64,000 nucleotides of DNA from Bacteroidia bacterium (lineage in GTDB: Bacteria > Bacteroidota > Bacteroidia > Bacteroidales > VadinHA17): assembly GCA_026391215.1 (NCBI GenBank), contig JAPLDX010000060.1:50622-114621 (forward strand). Direction: 5' to 3'. The notes beneath the pieces were generated by a model. That model did not search any database. It worked only from the letters and a program-made list of their open reading frames with translations, and was not told where the DNA came from. Made by a program: the position numbers and the translations under genes. Shown one piece after another: positions 1-8,787 of the stretch; positions within the stretch are counted from its first letter, which is position 1; each line of letters starts with the position of its first letter.

Positions 1-1343
1 TTACGGAACCATGCTACAGCATCCTCAGCTGTAAAAACAACTTTTCCGACTGCTGCTCCGGGACCTGCAGGCAAACCCTTAACAATGGGCTTGACTTTCT
101 TTTCAGCATCCGGATTACAGATAGGGTGAAGGAGCTCATCAAGCTGAGCAGGATCAACCCTTAATACAGCTGTTTTTTCATCAATAAGTTTTTCATCAAG
201 CATATCCATTGCCATGTTAAGCGCAGCGGTACCTGTTCTCTTCCCGGCGCGGCACTGAAGCATATAAAGTACATTCTCCTGAATAGTGAACTCAATATCA
301 AGCATATCGTGGAAAGATTTCTCCAGAATGTCGCGGATGTCACACAGTTCCTTATATGTTTTTGGCATAGCTTCCTGCATGCTTGGCAGGTGCTTGTTCT
401 GCTCGTTCTTTGTTTCATCGTTGAGAGGGCTGGGAGTGCGGATCCCTGCCACAACATCTTCTCCCTGTGCATTTACAAGCCATTCTCCATAAAACAGGTT
501 CTCACCTGTGGCCGGATTTCGTGTGAATGCAACACCTGTGGCAGATGTGTCACCCATGTTTCCGAATACCATAGCCTGAACGTTGACAGCTGTTCCCCAA
601 TCGTCAGGAATACCTTCAATACGGCGGTACGAAACGGCTTTCTTTCCGTTCCAGCTCTTGAAAACGGCCTTGATTCCGCCTTCAAGCTGTGCCTTTGCAT
701 CATCAGGGAACGGGGTTCCGAGGACATCTTTTACCTTCTTTTTGAATTCTTCTGAGAGAAGTTTAAGCTCATCAGCTGTGATCTCAGTATCAGATTTATA
801 ACCTTTCTTATGTTTGAATGCATCAAGCATTTCATCGAGCTGCTTACGGATACCTCTGCCTTCTCCAAGTTCAATACCTTCAGCTTTTTCCATAACCACA
901 TCAGCATACATCATGATCAGACGACGGTATGAATCCCATACAAACCTTGGGTTATTGGTCTTTTTTAGAAACCCGGGAATTGTGGATGAACAGAGACCTA
1001 TGTTAAGAACGGTATCCATCATGCCGGGCATTGATTTACGTGCGCCCGAACGACAGGAAACCAGCAGTGCATTTGCAGGATCTCCGTACTTCATGTTCAT
1101 TGTTTCTTCAGTAAGCTTCATCGCGGCCCAGACTTCAGGCATCAGGTCGGGATCAAGAGAACAGTTGTTCTCATAATACTCTGTACAGGCTTCGGTGGTA
1201 ATTGTGAAACCTGCTGGTACAGGAAGTCCTAACAGACACATTTCTGCAAGGTTTGCACCTTTACCTCCGAGAAGGTTCTTCATATCAGCTTTACCCTCTG
1301 CAGTTCTTTTTCCAAAGGAGTAAACTCTTTTAAGTTTTGACAT
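1..1343 (-). CDS. ppdK: Pyruvate, phosphate dikinase (N-terminal part; runs off the window start)
   Basis: Hand translation from the ATG at 1343 gives MSKLKRVYSFGKRTAEGKADMKNLLGGKGANLAEM, and further on LLVSCRSGARKSMPGMMDTVLNIG, both typical of PPDK. Absent from the ORF track because it has no stop in the window. Confidence 0.95.
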   Translation of the reverse strand, partial: MSKLKRVYSFGKRTAEGKADMKNLLGGKGANLAEMCLLGLPVPAGFTITTEACTEYYENNCSLDPDLMPEVWAAMKLTEETMNMKYGDPANALLVSCRSGARKSMPGMMDTVLNIGLCSSTIPGFLKKTNNPRFVWDSYRRLIMMYADVVMEKAEGIELGEGRGIRKQLDEMLDAFKHKKGYKSDTEITADELKLLSEEFKKKVKDVLGTPFPDDAKAQLEGGIKAVFKSWNGKKAVSYRRIEGIPDDWGTAVNVQAMVFGNMGDTSATGVAFTRNPATGENLFYGEWLVNAQGEDVVAGIRTPSPLNDETKNEQNKHLPSMQEAMPKTYKELCDIRDILEKSFHDMLDIEFTIQENVLYMLQCRAGKRTGTAALNMAMDMLDEKLIDEKTAVLRVDPAQLDELLHPICNPDAEKKVKPIVKGLPAGPGAAVGKVVFTAEDAVAWFR

Positions 1344-1389
1344 AGTTATACGGGTTTTATTGATTAATATTTGTTTTCGAAATGAATCG

Positions 1390-1397
1390 CAAAGGTA
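1390..1397 (-). promoter_or_regulatory. Bacteroidota sigma-A -7 element (TACCTTTG) upstream of ppdK
   Basis: Matches TAnnTTTG about 45 bp upstream of the ATG. Confidence 0.5.
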
Positions 1398-1429
1398 ATA
1401 TTAAAAATTTAATTTCAGAAACCACATTT

Positions 1430-2329
1430 TCAGGCACGCGGATGAAATAATATCAGGGTATCCCTTAAAAAGCTCCTGTCGATATGAGTATAGATCTCTG
1501 TGGTAAGTATTGACTCGTGTCCAAGCATCTCCTGAACTGCCCTCAGATCGGCGCCTCCTTCAATCAGGTGGGTTGCAAAAGAATGCCTGAAGGTATGTGG
1601 GCTTATCTTCTTCCTGATACCTGCCTTTGCGGCCAGATCTTTTATAATTGTAAAGATCATTGACCTGGTAAGTTTTCTGCCTCTACGATTAAGGAAAAGG
1701 ATATTTTTATCATAGATCCCAGGGAGTCCTTCCCTGTCTGGCATATAAATATCAATTTCCCTGAGAGTCTTTCTGCCGACAGGAACGAGTCTCTGCTTAT
1801 TTCCCTTGCCGGTTACCATTACAAACCCTTCTCCACGATGAATATCTGTAAGGCGGAGGTTTACGAGTTCCGATACCCTTAATCCGCAGCCATAGAGCGT
1901 TTCAATGATAGCCTTGTTCCTGTGTCCCTCCTGTTTACTGAGATCAATGCATCCTATCAACCTGTCAATCTCATTAACTGACAGAACTTCAGGAAGTTTC
2001 AGCCCGATCTTTGGAGATTCAATAAGGGATGCCGGATTCTCCTCAATTTCCTCTTCAATAAGCAGAAACCTGAAAAAAGCTCTTATCCCGCTGAGTACTC
2101 TTGATTGTGTCCTGGCATTCTGATTATCAAAGGCAAACCAGGTTAGGAAATCCTTCAGATCGGGATAAGTTACATCTGCTGGTGCTTTATCAGTTCCTTT
2201 TTCACTGAAGAATGACTCCAGTTTTAGGACATCACCGGTATAAGCTTCGATACTATTCTCCGATAGTGATTTCTCAAGCCTGAGATACGTTTCAAAATCC
2301 TTGATTGCCTGCTTCCAAGTGAAACTCAT
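1430..2329 (-). CDS. xerD: Site-specific tyrosine recombinase XerD
   Basis: 299 aa. Motifs LYGCGLRVSEL, GKGNKQRLVP, SPHTFRHSFATHL, LGHESILTTEIYTH, C-terminal HPRA. Confidence 0.9.
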   Translation of the reverse strand: MSFTWKQAIKDFETYLRLEKSLSENSIEAYTGDVLKLESFFSEKGTDKAPADVTYPDLKDFLTWFAFDNQNARTQSRVLSGIRAFFRFLLIEEEIEENPASLIESPKIGLKLPEVLSVNEIDRLIGCIDLSKQEGHRNKAIIETLYGCGLRVSELVNLRLTDIHRGEGFVMVTGKGNKQRLVPVGRKTLREIDIYMPDREGLPGIYDKNILFLNRRGRKLTRSMIFTIIKDLAAKAGIRKKISPHTFRHSFATHLIEGGADLRAVQEMLGHESILTTEIYTHIDRSFLRDTLILFHPRA

Positions 2330-2356
2330 AACTTTTCAAATATTCTTCTTTGTATA

Positions 2357-2440
2357 CCTTCGTGTGCACTTTGTGTTCTTTGTGGTTAAATATTCTCTTA
2401 CTACAAAGGGACACTAAGGTTACACAAAGTAACACAAAGG
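2357..2440. repeat. Imperfect inverted repeat built from ~10-bp ACACAAAG-like units (REP-like)
   Basis: Left arm CCTTCGTGTGCACTTTGTGTTCTTTGTGGTTA; right arm TTACTACAAAGGGACACTAAGGTTACACAAAGTAACACAAAGG. Confidence 0.6.
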
Positions 2441-2504
2441 AAGCATCCCATCATTGATTTTTTAGCTATTTTTGCCGGGCAGGGAAAATACTAAACTAAC
2501 GGAA

Positions 2505-2936
2505 ATGAAAATCAGTATTATAAATGGCCCAAATCTTAATCTTCTGGGAAAAAGAGAACCTGATAAATATGGCAACCGGTCTTTTGAAGATTATTTTACT
2601 TCGTTAAAGGCAAAATATCCGGAAATCGTTTTTGATTATTATCAGTCAAATGTTGAAGGAGAGCTGATAAATGAAATTCAGGCAAAAGGCTTTTCATGCG
2701 ATGGCATAATTCTCAACGCCGGAGGCTACACTCATACATCTGTCGCTATTGCTGATGCCATTGCATCGGTCAGGACACCTGTTATTGAGGTTCATATTAC
2801 AAACATTGCAGCTCGGGAAGATTTCCGTCATACCAGCCTTATTGCCCGCAGTTGTGCCGGTTCCATTTCCGGTTTCGGGCTTGACAGCTACAGGCTGGCA
2901 GTTGAAGCTTTAATTGTAAAACATACACTTAAATAA
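2505..2936 (+). CDS. aroQ: Type II 3-dehydroquinate dehydratase
   Basis: INGPNLNLLGKREP, LNAGGYTHTS, EVHITNIAAREDFRH. ATG at 2505 preferred; TATTTTTG -7 element at 2467-2474. Confidence 0.95.
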   Translation: MKISIINGPNLNLLGKREPDKYGNRSFEDYFTSLKAKYPEIVFDYYQSNVEGELINEIQAKGFSCDGIILNAGGYTHTSVAIADAIASVRTPVIEVHITNIAAREDFRHTSLIARSCAGSISGFGLDSYRLAVEALIVKHTLK

Positions 2937-2938
2937 GG

Positions 2939-4372
2939 ATGAACAGGAAAAGAACAAAAATTGTTGCCACTCTCTCTGATAAGAACTGTGAGCCTGAATT
3001 TATAAGGGATTTGTATAATGCCGGGATGGACCTCATCAGGATCAACTCAGCACATCTGACTACTGAAGGAGCCCTTAAGATCATTAATAATGCCCGTGAG
3101 GTTTCAGATAAAATAGCGATCATTCTTGATACCAAAGGGCCTGAGATCCGTACAACTGTCTGTGAAGCCCCGATAAAGGTGAAGAAAGGAGATATTTTCA
3201 GGTTGACAGGTAAACCGGATAAAATTTCATCCGGCAAGGAGATATTTGTAAGCCTTATTTCTTTTGCTGAAGAGGTGCCTCCGGGTTCAGTTGTGATGAT
3301 CGATGACGGGGATATTGAGATGAAAGCACTGAAGAAAGAGGGCGATACCCTTAAGTGCAAGGCTTTAAATGACGGGATAATCGGATCAAGAAAAAGCGTA
3401 AACGTTCCTGGAGTTAAGATACACCTTCCGTCGCTTACGGATAAGGACAGGGCCTTTATCAAAATGGCAGCTGAAAATGATGTGGAATTCATAGCTCATT
3501 CGTTTGTGAGGTCAAGGCAGGATGTAATTGATGTTCAGACCGAAATAAACAAGCATAAAAGTGATATAAAGATCATTGCCAAGATCGAAAATGAAGAGGG
3601 TGTTGAGAATATTGCAGAGATAATGGACGAAGTATACGGGATAATGGTTGCCAGGGGTGACCTTGCCATTGAGATCCCTTATGAAAAAATACCTTCCATC
3701 CAGAAGATGATGATTTCGCGGTGCATCTACTGCAGGAAGCCTGTCATTGTTGCGACTCAGATGCTTCACTCTATGATAACCAATCCCCGACCTACAAGGG
3801 CCGAAGTCAGCGATATTGCAAGCGCAATATACTCACAGACTGATGCCATAATGCTGAGTGGTGAGACTGCCAATGGCAAATATCCTGTTGAAGCCGTAAT
3901 GACCATGACCAAGGTTGCACTCGAGGTTGAAAAGAACAAGGAAAAATACCTTGATACTCCGTACCTTAATGTGACCGGCGAAGTATCTTCCTACCTCGCT
4001 AAAGTGGCGGTAGAAACTTCACTGAGGATAAATGCAAAAGTAATAATTGCCGATACAACCCTTGGACGAACAATAAGGGATATGGCATCCATCAGAGGAT
4101 TCAACCATATCCTTGCCCAGTGCTATTCGGCCAGGACAATGAGAGAGCTGGCTCTTTCATATGGCGTATATGCCTCTTACCAGGAAAGAAGGGAATCAAT
4201 AGATGAATTCATTCAGATAGCACTGAAAAATATTGTCAAAGCTCATGACCTTAAAGATGATGACCTGGTAGTTGTGCTTGCAGGTAACTTTTCCAGCGGT
4301 TCCGGCTTCTCATTCATTGAAGTCGGCACTGTACTTTACCTTAAAGGCCGTGTAAGCAGCAGGGAAGAGTGA
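2939..4372 (+). CDS. pyk: Pyruvate kinase
   Basis: RTKIVATL, DTKGPEIRT, IAKIEN, MVARGDL, ATQMLHSM, PTRAEVSD, MLSGETA. Confidence 0.96.
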   Translation: MNRKRTKIVATLSDKNCEPEFIRDLYNAGMDLIRINSAHLTTEGALKIINNAREVSDKIAIILDTKGPEIRTTVCEAPIKVKKGDIFRLTGKPDKISSGKEIFVSLISFAEEVPPGSVVMIDDGDIEMKALKKEGDTLKCKALNDGIIGSRKSVNVPGVKIHLPSLTDKDRAFIKMAAENDVEFIAHSFVRSRQDVIDVQTEINKHKSDIKIIAKIENEEGVENIAEIMDEVYGIMVARGDLAIEIPYEKIPSIQKMMISRCIYCRKPVIVATQMLHSMITNPRPTRAEVSDIASAIYSQTDAIMLSGETANGKYPVEAVMTMTKVALEVEKNKEKYLDTPYLNVTGEVSSYLAKVAVETSLRINAKVIIADTTLGRTIRDMASIRGFNHILAQCYSARTMRELALSYGVYASYQERRESIDEFIQIALKNIVKAHDLKDDDLVVVLAGNFSSGSGFSFIEVGTVLYLKGRVSSREE

Positions 4373-4421
4373 TAAATGGTCTGATTTTTGTGGCTTTATT
4401 AATGCCTGAACTGTGATTGAA

Positions 4422-4904
4422 ATGCTTAAAGCCCTTGTACTTTCGATATGGTTCGTTTTTCACCCGGTACACGTTACCCTGACAAGTATCGACCATGTGC
4501 GGAATACAGATTCACTTAAGGTTTTTGTAAGAATGTATTATGATGATTTTCTGCAGGATTATTCATTATCAGAAGGGGAGAACTTTACAGAAAAAAAATT
4601 ACAAAAGAGCGGGACATTTCCATATGATCTGATGAATAACTATCTGGAAGAAAAAGTTAATATAATTGTAGACAATAAACAGCTGAAAGGGAAGTTATTA
4701 AACATTGAACAGGAGGATAATGAGATCCGTACGAATCTGCTGTACAGATTGGATAATAAGCCAAAAGTGATTACTGTCAGAAACCTGATTATGACCGGTT
4801 TATACACCGATCAGGCAAATATGACAATAATCAGGATAAATAATTTTGAAGAAGGTGTAATGCTGACACCCTTGAAAACAGAAGAGACATTCAGCCTGAA
4901 ATAA
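4422..4904 (+). CDS. DUF6702-like exported protein
   Basis: Hydrophobic N-terminus followed by HPVHVTLTSI...VRMYYDDF, as in this Bacteroidota family. Confidence 0.6.
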   Translation: MLKALVLSIWFVFHPVHVTLTSIDHVRNTDSLKVFVRMYYDDFLQDYSLSEGENFTEKKLQKSGTFPYDLMNNYLEEKVNIIVDNKQLKGKLLNIEQEDNEIRTNLLYRLDNKPKVITVRNLIMTGLYTDQANMTIIRINNFEEGVMLTPLKTEETFSLK

Positions 4905-4925
4905 TTACCCGGATTGAAGAATAAA

Positions 4926-7535
4926 ATGAAGAGATCAATTGCACTTGCACTTTTAGCGTTCAATTTCCTGGTTCTTTCTGCAACACATAACAGGGCAGGC
5001 GAGATAACCTATGTTCAGATTTCGGATCTGAGTTATCGGTTCACCGTCACAACTTTTACTTATACCCTGAGTCTTGCTGACAGAGAAAAGCTTGATGTCA
5101 ACTGGGGCGATAATTCTATCTCAACCGCACCAAGGATTGTAAAAACAAAACTTCCAAATAATTACCAGAAGAACATTTATGTTATTGACCATACATTTCC
5201 GGGTCCGGGGGTTTATAAAGTAGTAATGCAGGATCCCAACAGGAATCAAGGCGTAGAGAATATCCCGAATTCAGTAAATGTGGTCTTTTCAATATCGACT
5301 ATTGTCACAGTAAATCCAAACATGGGGTTCAACAGCACGCCGGTACTCCTGAATCCTCCGTACGATAAGGCAGCCCTGGGATTCATATTCATCCACAATC
5401 CTGCTGCCTATGATCCCGACGGCGACAGCCTCTCTTATAAGCTGACAGTATGCACCCGTGAAGACGGAAAGCCAATTGAAAACTACACCCTGCCGCCTGC
5501 AACTCACTATATCCGCGTTGATTCAATTTCAGGCGACCTGATCTGGAAGACCCCGGCGGATACAGGAAAATACAATGTTGCAATGGAGATCCAGGAATGG
5601 AGAAACGGCAAGAAGATAGGGGTGGTGGTCAGGGATATGCAAATCGAAGTATTCATCACAAATAATAAACCCCCTGTGAATGATACACTTAAAAACTGGT
5701 GCATAGAAGCAGGCGATACTATCGATTTTGTCTTTTCTGCTACAGACCGGAATAATGACGATATTTCTCTTAAAGCAACTTCTGGAGTTTTTAGTCTCAA
5801 ATCGTGCTCTGCTCATTTTACAGGCATTGATTCATTTCCCGGAATATCACGTTCAAGATTCTGGTGGGTGCCATGTTATGAAGCAGTAAGAGGACAACCA
5901 TATAATGTGATCTTTAAATCGGATGACAATAACGATGAGCTTATGCTTTCCGATATTGACAACATGACAATTAAAGTTCTTGGACCATCACCGGAGTTGA
6001 TAAATGCAGTGCCGGAAGGTAAATTTATCAGACTCTCCTGGCAGCCTTACGGAACAGATGCAATTTCCGGTTTCAACATTTACAGAAGGGATGGTGCAAC
6101 TACTTTTGTTCCTGATTCCTGCACTGCAGGAATTCCTTCATCAACGGGCTTTGTTAAAGTAGGATATATCAGCGGAAGCAATACAGTAAAATATACGGAT
6201 TCCGACAACGGGCAGGGCCTTCAGTTTGGTAAGGAATATACCTATAGGATTGTAGCTGTCTATAACAACGGAACTGAAAGCAAATCATCAAATGAGATCT
6301 CATCGACTCTGGTTTCAGGGGTGCCGGTAATAACTAATGTAAGTGTAACAAAAACAGATCCTGCCAACGGAACCATTTATGTTGCATGGAAAAAACCTGA
6401 CCGGCTTGATACGATTCCCAATGCTTCCGGGCCATTTGAATATTACATCTACCGTGCAGATGGAATCTCATCAAATGCATATTCTCTGATTGATTCCATT
6501 CCGACTGCAGATCTGAATGATACCGTGTTTGTTGATACGCTTGATACACAAACATCAGGTTACATATACAGGATTGAGCTTTATAACAGAACTCCTGGAT
6601 ATAACTTTCTTATTGGTGAACCCGGAATTGCATCTTCACTCTTCCTTACTGTGAGCCCGGGTGACAGAAAAGCCAGGTTCGTGATCAACAGGAATGTTCC
6701 CTGGATAAATACCAGATATGATTTCTTCAGGCTTAATGAAGCCACAATGAAATATGATTCGGTTGGCACCACCAATCAGCTGACTTTTATTGATAACGGC
6801 CTGGTAAACGGCGAGGATTATTGTTATTATGTAAGGTCAAAGGGCGATTACTCGGACGAAAAGATGCCCAAGAACCTTATAAACCTTTCGGAGATAGCCT
6901 GTACCACCCCGATTGACAATGAACCTCCCTGTCCTCCGGAAATAGATGTGACAAGCCAGTGCGACAGCCTGTATAATACAATAACATGGAGCATCTCCGA
7001 TCCTGTTTGCTTTGAAGATATTGCCGGTTATAAGATATATTATAAGATGACCTATGAAGCGGATTCGGTGCTGATTGAAACTATCAATGACAAGAATATC
7101 CTTCTTTACAGGCATTACCCGGGCGATCTTATCTCAGGATGTTATACCGTATCTGCATTTGACCTTTTAGGCAACGAAGGACAGAAATCCGAAATGGTCT
7201 GCGTTGATTCCTGTGACTTCTATGAGATACCCAATGTTTTCACTCCCAATGGGGACGGTTTTAATGATAAATTGCTTGCCAAGACGTCTGCTCTTGTGGA
7301 GAGGGTTGATTTTAAGCTTTTTAATCGTAACGGCTTGCTGATATTTTCGACCGGGGAACCCAGGCTCAACTGGAACGGGACATATAAAAACAGGATAGTA
7401 TCTCCGGGTGTATACTTTTATCAGTGTGACGTATTTGAGAGGCGTATTTCAGGACTGGAACAGTTTCACCTTAAAGGTTTTATCCATGTTATTACGGAAG
7501 AGGGAGCAACTGTTCCCAGAGAGGAGACAAAATGA
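4926..7535 (+). CDS. T9SS cargo with type-B (gliding motility-associated) C-terminal domain and FN3-like repeats
   Basis: Signal peptide then ATHNRAGEITY; C-terminal IPNVFTPNGDGFND...FNRNG...WNG...GVYFY. Confidence 0.8.
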   Translation: MKRSIALALLAFNFLVLSATHNRAGEITYVQISDLSYRFTVTTFTYTLSLADREKLDVNWGDNSISTAPRIVKTKLPNNYQKNIYVIDHTFPGPGVYKVVMQDPNRNQGVENIPNSVNVVFSISTIVTVNPNMGFNSTPVLLNPPYDKAALGFIFIHNPAAYDPDGDSLSYKLTVCTREDGKPIENYTLPPATHYIRVDSISGDLIWKTPADTGKYNVAMEIQEWRNGKKIGVVVRDMQIEVFITNNKPPVNDTLKNWCIEAGDTIDFVFSATDRNNDDISLKATSGVFSLKSCSAHFTGIDSFPGISRSRFWWVPCYEAVRGQPYNVIFKSDDNNDELMLSDIDNMTIKVLGPSPELINAVPEGKFIRLSWQPYGTDAISGFNIYRRDGATTFVPDSCTAGIPSSTGFVKVGYISGSNTVKYTDSDNGQGLQFGKEYTYRIVAVYNNGTESKSSNEISSTLVSGVPVITNVSVTKTDPANGTIYVAWKKPDRLDTIPNASGPFEYYIYRADGISSNAYSLIDSIPTADLNDTVFVDTLDTQTSGYIYRIELYNRTPGYNFLIGEPGIASSLFLTVSPGDRKARFVINRNVPWINTRYDFFRLNEATMKYDSVGTTNQLTFIDNGLVNGEDYCYYVRSKGDYSDEKMPKNLINLSEIACTTPIDNEPPCPPEIDVTSQCDSLYNTITWSISDPVCFEDIAGYKIYYKMTYEADSVLIETINDKNILLYRHYPGDLISGCYTVSAFDLLGNEGQKSEMVCVDSCDFYEIPNVFTPNGDGFNDKLLAKTSALVERVDFKLFNRNGLLIFSTGEPRLNWNGTYKNRIVSPGVYFYQCDVFERRISGLEQFHLKGFIHVITEEGATVPREETK

Positions 7536-7550
7536 TTTTGAGGGCATAGG

Positions 7551-8756
7551 ATGATGAAGAAGACATTATTACTTGTTATGGCTTTCTGTTTTGCCGGGAT
7601 CATTTCTGGTCAATCCTCTTTTGAAACTCTTCTGAAAGCAAGAGCATTATCCGGAAATGGAGAACATTCAAAGGCTGTTGAGATCCTTTCTTCAGCTTTA
7701 GGAGAAAAGAAGGAGAGCAGGCTTTACCTGGAAAGGGCGGAAGCTTATCTTCTGGAAGGAGACTATTTAAAGGCAATAAGTGATTATAATTCAGCAAACT
7801 CTCTCACCAATCATTCAGGTGATTATGGATTGGCAAGGATCTTTGCAATCAAGGGTGATGCAGTTGCATCTTTATCCCATCTTGAAATGAACCTTCTATC
7901 CTCATTCAGAAAAAGTGAAAAAGAGGTTATGCTTGATCCGGCCTTCAGCATTATTGAAAATAAGCCGGAATGGCGCCAATTCTGGAAAAGAGACTGGTAC
8001 TCCGGTCTGGAAACAGGCATTTCGGAAATTGAATATTACCTGTCATCTGGCAGGAGGGATGATGCCCTTGAAATACTCTCAGGGCTTTCGGGAATCTATA
8101 AAGATAATGAAGAGGTGCTTTATGCAGGTGCACTGATAAATATGGCAGCAGGAAAACCGGGAGAAGTGATAAAAACAATGGCAGGAATTCTATCTGCAGA
8201 TCCCGGCAACGAAAAGTATCTGAGGCTCCTTGCTAAAGCTCAGTCTGATGCTTCGAATCATGCAGGTGCCTCAGTGACTTATTCAAAGCTGATAGATCAG
8301 GAGATACCGGATGCCGGTTTGCTGTTATTAAGGGCTGAGTGCTACAGGAAAACAGGTGAAACTGGCAGGGCTATGGCTGACATTGAGAAGTACCTGTCCT
8401 TTTATTCTGAAGACAAATCAGGATTAAGCCTTGCAGGCAAGGTGAAAACAGCTGCAGGCGAGAACCTGGAAGCTATAGAGTACTTCTCTGAAAATCTTAA
8501 GTACCACCCTGGCGATCCCGGATGTTATCTCGACAGGGCAAATTCATATTTATCCATGAAATCATGGCAGTGGGCTATTAATGATTACAGCATGTCGCTC
8601 GATCTGGATCCGTCAAATTCCGAAGCATGGCTGAATAAAGGGATCGCACAGCTAAGCACTGGAAAACCCGAGGATGCCTGTCATGATTTCAGGCAATCAT
8701 TGAAACTCGGAAATAAAAGGGCAACTGAATATATCAGCAGGTACTGTATAAAATAA
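7551..8756 (+). CDS. Exported tetratricopeptide-repeat protein
   Basis: Signal peptide; multiple TPR-like helices (AISDY, AINDYSMSLDLDPSNSEAWLNKG, ACHDFRQSLKLG). Confidence 0.75.
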   Translation: MMKKTLLLVMAFCFAGIISGQSSFETLLKARALSGNGEHSKAVEILSSALGEKKESRLYLERAEAYLLEGDYLKAISDYNSANSLTNHSGDYGLARIFAIKGDAVASLSHLEMNLLSSFRKSEKEVMLDPAFSIIENKPEWRQFWKRDWYSGLETGISEIEYYLSSGRRDDALEILSGLSGIYKDNEEVLYAGALINMAAGKPGEVIKTMAGILSADPGNEKYLRLLAKAQSDASNHAGASVTYSKLIDQEIPDAGLLLLRAECYRKTGETGRAMADIEKYLSFYSEDKSGLSLAGKVKTAAGENLEAIEYFSENLKYHPGDPGCYLDRANSYLSMKSWQWAINDYSMSLDLDPSNSEAWLNKGIAQLSTGKPEDACHDFRQSLKLGNKRATEYISRYCIK

Positions 8757-8787
8757 TGGCTACCGGCAAACGGCTGCCTGACGTCTT

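Noticed and set aside
161-1176. Short ORFs in the first 1.2 kb
   Set aside because: All overlap the partial ppdK on the minus strand.
1430-2329. Tyrosine recombinase as a prophage or ICE integrase
   Set aside because: XerD-like length and motifs, housekeeping neighbours, no att sites or phage/conjugation genes.
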